Positions 32,301 to 41,152 of a stretch of DNA of 64,000 bases are shown here, in pieces. A model generated the notes under the pieces. That model saw nothing but the letters and a program-made list of their open reading frames with translations. It had not been told where the DNA came from and searched no databases. Position numbers and translations under genes: made by a program. Within the stretch, counting starts at the first letter, position 1. Each line of letters opens with the position of its first letter. This stretch comes from Fibrobacteria bacterium (lineage in GTDB: Bacteria; Fibrobacterota; Chitinivibrionia; Chitinivibrionales; FEN-1185), in the NCBI GenBank assembly GCA_037447435.1, contig JBBIGR010000018.1, forward strand, positions 19,561 through 83,560, written 5' to 3'.

Positions 32301-35300
32301 ACGGTTCAAGTATCGCTGATGCGTTCGGATAATCAGTTCTACAACGGTAATTCATGGGGCGCTCTGTCTTGGCTTAATGCGTCGGGAACAACCGCTTGGT
32401 CGTATCCGTTACCCTCCGGTTGTTTGGCAGACGGCGTATATACGATCCAGGCACGAGCGATCGACAGTGCATCGAATATGATGGCGCCGGTCACGGCATC
32501 TTTTACCATAAAAACCACCACGCCGCCGAATCCTGCCATTGCTATTGTCAATAATACGGGATTTACAAAAGATTCCGTTGTGACGCTGGCATTATCGGTT
32601 ACCGGCGCAGACAGCATGCAAATTTCCTTGAATACCCTGGTGCCTGGACCATGGGAACCGTATGCACCACAAAAAACAGGTTTTGTCATCAGTGCGCAAG
32701 GGGAAGGCAAGAAAAAGATTTCAGCCGTTTATAAGGATATTGCAGGAAACTCGACCGTTGCAGTATCGGATAGCATCGTATATGATGTCTCGCCGCCAAC
32801 AAACGCAAAGATATCAATTGTCGATAATAACGGTTTTACGGGAAGCCCCACACCGTTGATCATGGTGTCTGTACAAGGTGCCGACAGTATGCAATTTGCC
32901 GTGGGTAGCAATGCGTTTACCACATGGGAACCCTATGCAACCAATAAGACCTCTTTACTCATTAACGGCGGCGGAGACGGTCAGAAAATTGTGTTTGCCC
33001 GGTTTAAAGATAAGGCAGGCAATTTCAGTGTCATCGTATCGGATACGACACAATACGATTCTCGTCTTCCTGCTGTCACTTCTGTTACCGTTCTTGACAG
33101 TAATGGGTTTATTAATTATAAAAAGCCAAAAATACAAATTGCCGCAGTCAATGCCGACAGCATGAGAATTGCATTGACACAAGATACTGCGGGTGCGTTA
33201 TGGAAAAAAATTGCCGCAATAGACAGCATCGACATTTCACAGGGAACGCAAGGAGCAAAAACAATATGGGTGCAGGTAAAGACCGTCGCCGAAGCTAAGT
33301 CCACATGGTTGTCGGATTCGACGGTTTACGATACTACGCCGCCACCGGCACCGGCAAACCTACTCATGACATTTGTCGATATGTCGACGGTTAGGGTTTC
33401 GTGGGCCGCCTTGCCTGCAGGCCCGTTCGACAGTATCATGGTTTGCACGGCACTTGATGGTCCGATACTTTCGAGAGTTGCCGGGGCATGGGGAAGTGAA
33501 ATATCGGCGCACAACACTGTCGACACCCTGGCACAAGTTCCGGTAAATGGAGCGACCATGTCGGTGGGCGTTGCGGTCAAAAACGTCTTCGGATCATGGT
33601 CTTCAATTACGTCGCGTTCGATGGTACTCAATGATACCGTTCCCCCTATAAATAACACGCATATCGCTCTTGCCAGTGTCGGTGATACGGCGATATCCAT
33701 CGGGGTAAAACCAGATTCGATGCAAAAAGATGTCAAGACGATTCAAATTGGCGTGTATAATCCGACTGGGGCGGCAGTGCTTGCGATTAAATCGTTTACT
33801 TTTAAGGACACAACTATATTGGTCAATAATACCAAAGTAGTTGGGACGTGGAAAGTCTCTTCGGCATGTGCCGATGCCGCAGGAAATGTATCCGCATTTC
33901 GAACGGATACGGTATTGGTTGCTGAAATCAAACCGTTGACACCGGTTACCACAATTGTCAAAAGCCAAACAAAATTTGCGGGGTCGGCGGCGCATTATTC
34001 GTTAGGAACGGCATCGATAAGAGATTCTTTAGTCACCTATACCGTTGTTGTCAAATCACTGAACGACGCGGTCATTGTAAAAAAAATAACCCAAACAGGA
34101 AATCAAGTCGACTTGTTTCCTCTTTCAGACGGCACGTATGAAGTTTCCGCGTTCGCCACTTCGATTATCGGTAAAGACAGCATCGGAATAAAAGACACGT
34201 TTACCATTACCGGTGCGACAACACATTCGTTTCCTAAAACTATCGATACCACCGGCGTAACATGGCAAATGGTTTCAGTCCCGACTAAAACGATAACGGT
34301 ATCGCCGTCGTCGGCACTTGGCTCTTTGTATCATTGGGATGAATCGCGGCAGGAACGGGATATTTACGGCTATTATCATCAGGTATCCGAGATTGGCCAA
34401 TTGCAACAAGGGTGCGGCTATTGGCGAAAAGCAACCGATACGGCAACTATAAATGTTCCGCGCGCCAATGTTCTGGACTCGATCGTCGACATAACTATCT
34501 ACAAAGGAACCTACGGCTGGAACCAGATCGCATCGCCCTTTTCTTATCCTGTCGCGTGGCCGGCGCAGGGAATGCTGTGGAAATGGAATGAGTCGACAAA
34601 GGATTTTGAAGAATCATCCAACGTTCTTGAACCATGGCAAGGATATTGGGTAATGGCGGATTCGTCCATGGTTGTTCATTTGGCAAATAAGCCCGCCTTT
34701 TCCGCAGGTACGTTAGCAAAGCGAACGGTCGCCAAATATGTGGACAACAAAAACTGGCAGGTCAGAATGTCGTATAACGGGAATTGGAATTGTGATGCCC
34801 AGAACGCTTTCGGATTCAACCAATTAGCCTCGGACGGATACGATGTGAATGATGCGGCAAAGCCGCCGCGGATGTCGGATTACCGGTATGTGTTTTTCTC
34901 TCATCCCGAATGGAAGCGCGGCTATAGCGAGTTTGCCAGAGACCTTAGGAAAACCCTGAAGCCGGTCGAAACGTATACTATTGGAATAACGCCGGGAAAC
35001 GGAAAATGCGGCGGAGAAATCAACTTTGACGGATTAGAAAACATTTCGAAGGACATACAGGTTTTTATTGCCGATGAGAAGGACATCGTGCAAATTGAAG
35101 CCGGCAAACCTTATTCCCTTCCTAAAGCAGACTCTGTTTTATATAAAACCATGTTTGTCACAACGGATAAGAATTTTTTAAAGAATTTTCCGCGTTCGTT
35201 CAATTTCGGCGTGCCGTATCCAAACCCTACTCGGCGTTTTGCTAACATTAAATATACGCTGCCGTATCATTTGGGGAAAAACGGGGTGCTTCCGAAGGAA

Positions 35301-35504
35301 CAATATATGGTAAACATTGCATTGTATGATTTGTTGGGCAGACAGGTTCGGCAACTTGTGTATTCGAACAAAGAACCGGGAAATTATTTAACCTGGTGGG
35401 ATGGAAAAAACAATGCCGGCAATTTCGTTGCGACCGGAATGTATTTCTGCCGGCTGACCGCAGGAGAATTTTCGTCGATAAAAAGATTGACCGTTGTACG
35501 ATAA
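26391..35504 (+). CDS. Giant secreted repeat protein (3037 aa): beta-helix-like repeats, Ig-like repeats, C-terminal FlgD-Ig/T9SS-like domain
   Basis: Signal peptide; four W..NWSP..P...D.V.F modules; Gly/Thr/Asn-rich repeats; D.AGN Ig-like repeats; C-terminus PYPNP..LYDLLGRQVRQL..WDGKNNAG..GMYFCRL. Confidence 0.85.
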   Translation: MKNIKNIFILAAGFLAVMTLHTNTFCATITWISSSGGKWNNTANWSPTVIPSSADTALFSTSSGACTLDVYMSVNSIQFTNSYSGNFYFNHNKLTISGMADFRNGSGHIISAGNDTLELTGNMPKTIFPTSNHDTLPNLLLTPASISTAIGGSNDTLFVSSLRFATNGDFTMTANQGVCVRGDIILNAGNLYALPGNLDVLGNVVIQGGTLTAPASTMHVCGSWSHTTGAFVHSSGTVVFNAGAIGGGTITESAPFSNVNFNSPGNKTWTVTSAPIKLIGALIMNNGTLNLGTGMIDSAASLNCGGGTLDFNSSTLRLPTPSIDFSSIGNIIPGNGKLELVGMSSINFKPKPNLLFPEIVQNFGGTTMLNGTLSAKGITVKNGTFSFNNTHSGDNIGFLTGTGGTVDFNNDSINVSDTVNLFYVNSTMSGFGILKFVNNLPANYVPPHFWPNPILIKSGTGTTTVRQNNIKGQKLRIESGIFSLGALTAGVNDSLDTLETAGGGMDFGNCTLSVRFSNVDLSPLTTLTPGTGALKFTSSSLQSFWPSISYVNPIVKHSGTGALKLMNALTANGFEQPQGAYQFNLNGNNVTIVNNGNFFVNSYSGPNMISGLAGRTISVAGNVTVTGLPPSTTVDMSAGSTWTLNAGGQVLFDCVNFDHCDAIGSPGVATNSANNGGNINWTFVKQWISGGTHNWGDAPNWSPTGVPTATDSVVLSSSWDCILSMPNVTVKAISFPGYTGIFSFLTDTLCVTGRADFGGAANVASGTGALKLVGNGPQVFTPSYQSFLWTIVKEGTGVCSLSTALKAHNLYVKSGAIKLAGGGPADSLVDETNISGGTLDLGGKRVFTKSLMTTGGTLLATSDTLTIAGSANFTGLTPFNPTQGTIVIKAMPPFASSVTSGSTTFNNLVLWTDGADGYLDTIKMMSGILAVNNDLVFRRTKTVSTPGKSVWRFDINNTGVSITGNVFTEETPGVNPISSNPSLFMGSNNWTFEKYAILPIGNGDSKSASLVFSGAPGTVQNFFAGITNPLDSLGTVTHASNDTLKLLSPLPCQSFTQTAGTFDFNGFNLAVTNNLNISSGTYSSLKNLDSRTITVGGTASFNGQPGNLINLSPLSSWYIYLNGGSLNASYAQIGNAYAYGAMGGNGYATNSRKTAYTMGWKIPGMTLTWNGSVNTNFRTAGNWSPAYAPSDSDDVIFNSGSVNCILDTSIGVNNITFAPGYSGTFDFRNFTLTVSGNADFSNVGGIGNSGGTLKFYSSINGKKYFIPRAGILFPNIYQSGVGGGGDTVVVMANPLKAGRFYKQYGTWDWGNFGAKHSVQSLINDMSGEIDFGNCTLQVYDSLKITSTVKHNFGSAIELLKSSGDQRIEVWNMDTLPGIIHNATGNILLGNNLRCQSFSNNLGTIASNGFNISTVNDCIFAGGNSLLQDLSGRRFYCGGNMTFLGKSNDSIVVNATTVSCTLTVLGTLQANFAKIGRSIVIGTKGYAANCMNLGNDSNWLFLPRGLKLWKGDGADQNWSTVSNWIPPTLPAGNDSVVFNNTTSKNCFLDTSATVKKLTFATGYSGMFGFGSSTLALSGNADFGNCMNVDPGSGTLLFSGSEPAVLTPPPMAQLPSIVRGSGMGTLTINKNPLNAQSINVSAGVFFFGSGLSHSVGSIQGLGGSTIDFGTNTTVAVKGDVNLSGMNIVSDQSDTLQFAGYLGQVYTAPSMATNYTMVIEKNDTLTLGSPNLQVNDLVLYAGTLKLGNSHSHTVNNLIGYGGVLDFGSSTLSVRGNADFSGLQDVVAGSGILLLNSATVNQTLIPQFPDTLPFVRHPGPMALEITNNPLTCTSFLQNGGQLFINGFDITTVSDFTISNATVTTMSGLANRTLSVGGNANLSGTPGSPIILFPESPWKLSVQKATTIVDAVIGKCDASACGFWPVLASCIDSGYNQKFDFVKPQAVIIRPVSGSLRNSLPYITGTATDSVSGIATVQVSLMRSDNQFYNGNSWGALSWLNASGTTAWSYPLPSGCLADGVYTIQARAIDSASNMMAPVTASFTIKTTTPPNPAIAIVNNTGFTKDSVVTLALSVTGADSMQISLNTLVPGPWEPYAPQKTGFVISAQGEGKKKISAVYKDIAGNSTVAVSDSIVYDVSPPTNAKISIVDNNGFTGSPTPLIMVSVQGADSMQFAVGSNAFTTWEPYATNKTSLLINGGGDGQKIVFARFKDKAGNFSVIVSDTTQYDSRLPAVTSVTVLDSNGFINYKKPKIQIAAVNADSMRIALTQDTAGALWKKIAAIDSIDISQGTQGAKTIWVQVKTVAEAKSTWLSDSTVYDTTPPPAPANLLMTFVDMSTVRVSWAALPAGPFDSIMVCTALDGPILSRVAGAWGSEISAHNTVDTLAQVPVNGATMSVGVAVKNVFGSWSSITSRSMVLNDTVPPINNTHIALASVGDTAISIGVKPDSMQKDVKTIQIGVYNPTGAAVLAIKSFTFKDTTILVNNTKVVGTWKVSSACADAAGNVSAFRTDTVLVAEIKPLTPVTTIVKSQTKFAGSAAHYSLGTASIRDSLVTYTVVVKSLNDAVIVKKITQTGNQVDLFPLSDGTYEVSAFATSIIGKDSIGIKDTFTITGATTHSFPKTIDTTGVTWQMVSVPTKTITVSPSSALGSLYHWDESRQERDIYGYYHQVSEIGQLQQGCGYWRKATDTATINVPRANVLDSIVDITIYKGTYGWNQIASPFSYPVAWPAQGMLWKWNESTKDFEESSNVLEPWQGYWVMADSSMVVHLANKPAFSAGTLAKRTVAKYVDNKNWQVRMSYNGNWNCDAQNAFGFNQLASDGYDVNDAAKPPRMSDYRYVFFSHPEWKRGYSEFARDLRKTLKPVETYTIGITPGNGKCGGEINFDGLENISKDIQVFIADEKDIVQIEAGKPYSLPKADSVLYKTMFVTTDKNFLKNFPRSFNFGVPYPNPTRRFANIKYTLPYHLGKNGVLPKEQYMVNIALYDLLGRQVRQLVYSNKEPGNYLTWWDGKNNAGNFVATGMYFCRLTAGEFSSIKRLTVVR

Positions 35505-35577
35505 AAATAAGTGGAAATATTGCTTGGTGGCGAAAAGAGACATTGATTGCCGGTAAACAAACAAGATCGAGGGACGT

Positions 35578-37983
35578 ATGCAAATGGGAAATATTGTAAA
35601 AAAAAGTATTGTCATGATCGGCATTTTAAGTGGTGCGGTTTTTTCTCAGGGAGATGACAATACGCAAAAAGCGTTTATCAAAACAATGGTCGGTACTGTC
35701 GAGGTGAGTTCCGCCGCCTCGGCGAAATGGCGGCCGGCCAGAGCCGGAATGATGGTGAAAATGGGGTGGAATATTCGTACCTACATTGAATCGAGCGCAG
35801 ATATCGAAATCGAGACCGGAACAATATTACGCATCGGGGAAAACAGCGTCGTTACTCTGGCTAAATTGATAAAAGATAAAGAAGCTGGGGTTACTAGTTC
35901 AAATGTCAAGGTCGGGACAGGAAAAATATGGGCAAATGTAAAAAAACTCACCAATACGAAATCCGAGTTCGAATTTGAAACGCCGACGGCGGTCGCTTCA
36001 ATTCGAGGAACAAAGCTCGGTTTATCGGTTGATAAGGGCGGTACTCAGCTGGACGTGTATGAGGGGCTTGTCATGGTACGGCCACGAGGCGGAGCGGGTC
36101 GTGAGGTAGGCGTGTCGACAAGGAACCGGGCAATTATCGGTGATGCGGGGCATGCGATACAGCTCATACAATTTACGGAGAAGGATACCGTAAAAGGGCA
36201 AAAAGCGATGAAAGATCCTTTTGCCGTCGATACGGCAAAAGGAAAAAACGACAAAACCGTTGATACGACGCAGACAAATAAAAACGGCAAAACTGCCGAT
36301 ACAACAGGATTGAATAAACATGATAAGGCAATCGACTCAACCGGCCGTTCGAGTGTGGATTCCGCGACGCAAAAAGCATTGGTTTTGGATATACTCCAAC
36401 CGCAGGCAAACACTGTTTCGAAGGAAAGCCAATATTTGATTAAAGGTAAAACAGTAACGGGCGCAAGCGTGGAAATAGGCGGCAAAGATGTCGTTGTGGA
36501 CAAACAGGGGATGTTTTCCCTTTTAACGGACCTCGCGCTGGGAAAGAACTCGTTTTCGGTTGTGGCAAAACTGGGGGCTGCTTCTAAAAGCAATGACTGC
36601 CAGGTGGAATACCATCCGCAGCTGAGCATGAATGTCACGAGTATCGTAGACAATATGGAAGTTACCGCGTCGGACATCGTCGTTGATGTTGAAGTAAATG
36701 AAGGCGCGAAATTTTCGGTGAATGGAAAGGAAGGGCAAACGAAAGTAACTTTGACGCCAGGTAAAAATACCGTTTCGGTAAAAGCATATGACCAATGGAA
36801 TACGTCTATTGAAAAGTCTTTTACCATTACTTATACTAAATCTTCGGTTTTTTCTTTGAAAGTCGCTTTGCCGAAAGACCAATCGTCCGTATCTGCCCCG
36901 ATGATTCCCGTAAGCGGCAGTACCACTCCCGGAGCTAAAGTAACGATAAACGGTTCCCCCGTTGTCGTGACGGCCTCGGGATTTTTCAATTACACTCTGC
37001 CAATTCCCGATGAAGCACAAGAATATACCGTTAAAATAGTGTCGCGCCTCGGAGACGACGAGGCAAGTGAAGAACGGGGTGTTTTTTATAGCCCGCCAAA
37101 GCCGCCGATAACGCTGTTGGTTATTTCGCCCGTTGATGGTCAAATAATAAAACAAAATCTCATTCATATCACCGGAAAAACCGCGGCACGCGCAAAAGTA
37201 AATGTCAATAACAGATCGGTTTCGGTAAGTTCGGGCGGTAGTTTTGCTTTTGATATTCCGGTAACGGAAAAAGACATCGGTGATTATTCCCTGGATGTAA
37301 CGGCTACCGATGATTCTGTCGATTTAGTAAAACTTGTAAATGTTAAAATCGATGTTTCGTCTCCGCAGATAAACACATCGGTGCCCATTTTATCGCCGAT
37401 TCCTTTGCTGGAAGGGTTTCCTGCGACAAAGAACAAAAGAATGAATGTTATGGTGACCGACAAAACGCCGGAGGACCAATTGAATCTTGTCATTATCAAC
37501 AACGGTGCCCGGGAAGAAATGTCGTTTAATTCCGGTGACCAGCAGTATTTCAATCTGGAAGATGGGAAAAATGTCTATACTATAAAAGCGTACGACTTGG
37601 CTAAAAACCAATCGGACCGGGTTATTTCCGGCACAATTTATTATTTACCCGGGCCATTATCAATTGACGTTATCGAACCTTCAAGTACCAGTATGACGGT
37701 CGATGATTTGCCCCCAATGCCGAAAATGATTTCTGGAAAAGAATATGTTTCGCAAATGACGTTGCGGGTAGAAGTGGATGACGGTATTCACAATGTTCCG
37801 GAATCGATCAAATTCGTGAGGATCGAAGGACCGAGTTTTTCTAAACAGTTGATTGATAAAGGGAATTATGTGTACGAAGCCAACAACATCCAGCTTGTTC
37901 GCGGTGTGAATTCATTTCAAATCGTCGCTCAAGACATTGCCGATAATATTGTACGAAAGCCGTATACGGTGACGATAAAATAG
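35578..37983 (+). CDS. Exported FecR-domain protein with multiple Ig-like repeats
   Basis: GTILRIGENS..FETPTAVASIRGT..DVYEGLV FecR-like motifs; repeated G.T.PGAKV.IN Ig-like units. Confidence 0.8.
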   Translation: MQMGNIVKKSIVMIGILSGAVFSQGDDNTQKAFIKTMVGTVEVSSAASAKWRPARAGMMVKMGWNIRTYIESSADIEIETGTILRIGENSVVTLAKLIKDKEAGVTSSNVKVGTGKIWANVKKLTNTKSEFEFETPTAVASIRGTKLGLSVDKGGTQLDVYEGLVMVRPRGGAGREVGVSTRNRAIIGDAGHAIQLIQFTEKDTVKGQKAMKDPFAVDTAKGKNDKTVDTTQTNKNGKTADTTGLNKHDKAIDSTGRSSVDSATQKALVLDILQPQANTVSKESQYLIKGKTVTGASVEIGGKDVVVDKQGMFSLLTDLALGKNSFSVVAKLGAASKSNDCQVEYHPQLSMNVTSIVDNMEVTASDIVVDVEVNEGAKFSVNGKEGQTKVTLTPGKNTVSVKAYDQWNTSIEKSFTITYTKSSVFSLKVALPKDQSSVSAPMIPVSGSTTPGAKVTINGSPVVVTASGFFNYTLPIPDEAQEYTVKIVSRLGDDEASEERGVFYSPPKPPITLLVISPVDGQIIKQNLIHITGKTAARAKVNVNNRSVSVSSGGSFAFDIPVTEKDIGDYSLDVTATDDSVDLVKLVNVKIDVSSPQINTSVPILSPIPLLEGFPATKNKRMNVMVTDKTPEDQLNLVIINNGAREEMSFNSGDQQYFNLEDGKNVYTIKAYDLAKNQSDRVISGTIYYLPGPLSIDVIEPSSTSMTVDDLPPMPKMISGKEYVSQMTLRVEVDDGIHNVPESIKFVRIEGPSFSKQLIDKGNYVYEANNIQLVRGVNSFQIVAQDIADNIVRKPYTVTIK

Positions 37984-37999
37984 GAGAAAGTTGAAAACC

Positions 38000-38020
38000 G
38001 CCCTCGTGGTTTGTGAGGGC
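38000..38020. terminator. Probable terminator hairpin between convergent genes
   Basis: GCCCTC..GAGGGC followed by a T-rich run, with an A-rich run before it. Confidence 0.5.
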
Positions 38021-38029
38021 CATTTTCTT

Positions 38030-38620
38030 TTAGGTTTTTTGGTTGACATAGCAATTTTGTAAGTGGTCGTTCACCATACCGATAGCTTGCATAAACGAAT
38101 AGCAAATTATTGAGCCCACAAAATTGAATCCTCGCTTTTTCAAGTCTTTGCTCATTGCATCGGAAATATTTGTTGAGCAGGGAACTTGCTTCATGAAAAG
38201 ATACGGTTTTTCCGGGGCCAATGTTTTATACCCGGTATATTTCCAAATATACTCATTGAAACTACCGAATTCCTCCTGGACCGCTATGAATTTTTGAGCG
38301 TTTTTTACGGCAGAGGTGATTTTAAGCTTGTTCCGGATTATCCCTGTATCGGACATGAGCCGTGCAATGTCGGTTTGGCCGAACGTACTGATCTTATGAT
38401 AGTCCCAATTGACAAATGCTTTTCTGAAATTTTCGCGGCGTTTTAAGATGGTGATCCAGCTGAGACCTGCCTGAAACCCCTCCAGAATGAGCATTTCGAA
38501 AAGTTTGGTGTCGTCGTGAACCGCAACGCCCCATTCATGGTCGTGGTAATCGCAATAGAGCTGATCGCTGCCCGCCCAGGGGCATCGGGTCTTTGGCGAA
38601 GGGGAAAGGGATTTAATCAT
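38030..38620 (-). CDS. tag: DNA-3-methyladenine glycosylase I
   Basis: RCPWA..YHDHEWG, LEGFQAGLSW, IIRNKLKI, MQAIGMVNDH. Confidence 0.96.
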   Translation of the reverse strand: MIKSLSPSPKTRCPWAGSDQLYCDYHDHEWGVAVHDDTKLFEMLILEGFQAGLSWITILKRRENFRKAFVNWDYHKISTFGQTDIARLMSDTGIIRNKLKITSAVKNAQKFIAVQEEFGSFNEYIWKYTGYKTLAPEKPYLFMKQVPCSTNISDAMSKDLKKRGFNFVGSIICYSFMQAIGMVNDHLQNCYVNQKT

Positions 38621-38750
38621 GGTTTAAAATATGCGGTTTACCGATATTACGTCAATAAAAAAATGCGGACCGCAATCTTACTAATGGTTTTGAGAAACTG
38701 GTTCCAAATAAGAATTGACAGAATTCGCATTGAGAGGTTATTTTATTTTC

Positions 38751-39689
38751 ATGAAATATTCAATATCTCAAACAAACGTTTATGATGTTCTGGCAAGCGA
38801 AAAGCTCACCGTTAAAATCCTCCGCCTCGGCGCGGAATTATTCAGCGTGAAGGTGCTCCATCCGACGCATGGAGAAATCGGGCTTCTTTTGAATGATGAC
38901 GAAATTGAACCGGACCATTCTTGGTGGAACAGTCATGCGCCATTTTTATTTCCCATTGTTGGCGGCTTGGTCAATAAAACGTCGCATTGCCGCGACGGTA
39001 AAACTATAAAGCTGGAAGGCCACGGATTTGCCCGGAAAACCGTTTTTTCGGTAATTGATAAAGGGCAAAGCGATAAAAGCGTCTGGATAGAATATGAAAT
39101 CGACAATACCGCCGTTTCGAATGCAGCATACCCGTGGCAATTTGAGTTTAGGGTCCGTTACGAACTTTCGGACAATGGGTTGAATGTCGCCATAAAGGTA
39201 AAAAACAACGATGAAACAACCATGTGGTATCAATGCGGATGGCATCCGGGTTTCAAGGCGCCGTTTATTTACGGTAAAGGAAATAAAGCCGATGTGAATC
39301 TGATACTGCCAAAGGGCAAAGCAATCATATATGAATGCGACAGGGAATCGTTTTTAACCGGCAAAAAAAAAGAAATCGAGTTGGGCGGCGTGTTTCCGTT
39401 TACGGAAGAAGGTCTTGATTACACGTATGTGTTCGATATGCACGACATCCCGGACAAGACCGTAAAACTTTTCGACCCAAATTCGGGAATTACGATACAT
39501 CTTTCCTTTAATGACTTCCCGCATTTGGGCATATGGTCAAATGCGAATGGCCCCTTTATTTGTCTTGAGCCCTGGCAGGGATGCGACGATTTCGCGAATC
39601 CGACATTATTCGAAGACAAGTTCGGCATTGCATCGCTTGAAGCGGGGCAACAAGACCAGAGGGAAATCAATCTTTCACTGTTTTGGTGA
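38751..39689 (+). CDS. Aldose 1-epimerase family (LacX-like) protein
   Basis: GAEL, APFLFPIVG, HGFAR, YPWQF, GWHPGF, FICLEPW; start at the ATG at 38751 after GAGAGG. Confidence 0.88.
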   Translation: MKYSISQTNVYDVLASEKLTVKILRLGAELFSVKVLHPTHGEIGLLLNDDEIEPDHSWWNSHAPFLFPIVGGLVNKTSHCRDGKTIKLEGHGFARKTVFSVIDKGQSDKSVWIEYEIDNTAVSNAAYPWQFEFRVRYELSDNGLNVAIKVKNNDETTMWYQCGWHPGFKAPFIYGKGNKADVNLILPKGKAIIYECDRESFLTGKKKEIELGGVFPFTEEGLDYTYVFDMHDIPDKTVKLFDPNSGITIHLSFNDFPHLGIWSNANGPFICLEPWQGCDDFANPTLFEDKFGIASLEAGQQDQREINLSLFW

Positions 39690-39706
39690 ATGTCGGGAGC
39701 CTGGCT

Positions 39707-40456
39707 ATGGAAGAATTTCTTTCGGATTTCCCAAAATTGCAATGTCCTTTCATCCGGCAGACCTTCAAAGTCGATCATAATCAATTTGAAAGCCAAGGGC
39801 GCAAAGCGGGGTTGCGGTTACCCGAAGTTTACCTCGTTGTAAATAAAGTCAATCCGGGGTACGAATGGGTCTTTGACGATCCCGATACGTTTGCCGTGGA
39901 AAAACTAAACGGAACCAATATCAAATTGAAAACAAAGAATGGGCGTTTGATCGCGTTGCAGAACAGGAAAACAGTCATTGATCCTTTGCAAATAATCGGC
40001 GGCAGGAATTTTCTCATAGAAGGGATTTTCCGATCCATAGGCAAGGGCTATGTAAAACCGGACGGCGAACAGGCAGGTGAATTGATAGGCCCCAAAATAT
40101 TGGGAAATCCTTATAAATTGGAATTCCATGAATGGTATCCGTTTGAAAAGTCGTTAAAGGATTTACGATACAATTCTTTTCAGGAACATGATCGAACCTT
40201 TAACAATTGGAGCCTTTGGTTTAAAGACCGACTGTATTCACGGTATTATCAAAAAATCGCCTTGAAAAAAGGAATCGAAGACAAAATCTTTGCCGAAGGG
40301 GTCATTTTTTACAATTTGAAACGAAAGGCTGAAAATCGGATTTGGATGGCAAAGCTACGCAGGGATATGTTCGACTGGTACTATGAGGGGATTCAAATTT
40401 ACGAATATGAAAGTACCGGAAAACAAGATGCGGAAGACCAGGCAAAATTCGATTGA
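39707..40456 (+). CDS. ATP-dependent RNA ligase-like nucleotidyltransferase
   Basis: Motif I-like AVEKLNGTN, motif III-like GELIGP, motif IV-like AEGVIF and motif V-like MAKLR; ATG at 39707 after GGGAG. Confidence 0.7.
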   Translation: MEEFLSDFPKLQCPFIRQTFKVDHNQFESQGRKAGLRLPEVYLVVNKVNPGYEWVFDDPDTFAVEKLNGTNIKLKTKNGRLIALQNRKTVIDPLQIIGGRNFLIEGIFRSIGKGYVKPDGEQAGELIGPKILGNPYKLEFHEWYPFEKSLKDLRYNSFQEHDRTFNNWSLWFKDRLYSRYYQKIALKKGIEDKIFAEGVIFYNLKRKAENRIWMAKLRRDMFDWYYEGIQIYEYESTGKQDAEDQAKFD

Positions 40457-40459
40457 TAA

Positions 40460-41152
40460 TTAGCGAGTGTGTTTTGCAAAAATCGCATCGGCAATATGCA
40501 GATCTTCTTGAGTCGTGATTTTAAAGTTGAGCGGATCTCCCCAGGCAATTCCTACCGGAATATCCAACGCTTCCATAAGCATTGCCTCGTCTGTCGGCGG
40601 CCGGTTCATGGTTGCGGCATGCGAAAAAGCCTTTTTTAGCGCTTCACGTTTGAACATTTGCGGGGTTTGGACACGGATGATTTTACTTCGGTCCAAGGTT
40701 TCACCCGCGCGGTCCCCTTTGAAATACCGAATCGTATCGATCTCAGGAACAGCGGCAATCACCGCATCGTAATCCTGCGAAGCGGATATGATCTTGTCGA
40801 TAAGCTCGATTGTCATAAAAGGCCTTGCACAATCATGAATCATGACCCAGTCTGCCAGCGATGAATTGGTTCCGTTTTGTACCGATTGCCAGCGTTCTTT
40901 GCCCCCAATAACAACTTCAAAAGGCCTGCCGCCGGTATGTGCCGCGCAAAGTGCAGTTGTTTCGTCCAGCATTGCCGAGGGAGCAACGATGATGATCTTG
41001 TCGATTCGGGGATGCTTTGCAAATTGCAATACCGAATGAAGGAAGAGCGGTTTCCCGCCGAGAGACACAAACCCTTTCGGTATGGGTGCGCCAAGGCGGG
41101 ATCCACTTCCTGCTGCGACGATAATCGCGTCGATAGTCATAACAATGCTCAT
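40460..41152 (-). CDS. ispD: 2-C-methyl-D-erythritol 4-phosphate cytidylyltransferase
   Basis: [36 protein letters not shown]. Confidence 0.95.
   Translation of the reverse strand: MSIVMTIDAIIVAAGSGSRLGAPIPKGFVSLGGKPLFLHSVLQFAKHPRIDKIIIVAPSAMLDETTALCAAHTGGRPFEVVIGGKERWQSVQNGTNSSLADWVMIHDCARPFMTIELIDKIISASQDYDAVIAAVPEIDTIRYFKGDRAGETLDRSKIIRVQTPQMFKREALKKAFSHAATMNRPPTDEAMLMEALDIPVGIAWGDPLNFKITTQEDLHIADAIFAKHTR

Noticed and set aside
36045..37167. 260-aa and 214-aa antisense ORFs
   Set aside because: Shadows of the FecR/Ig gene with no independent motifs.
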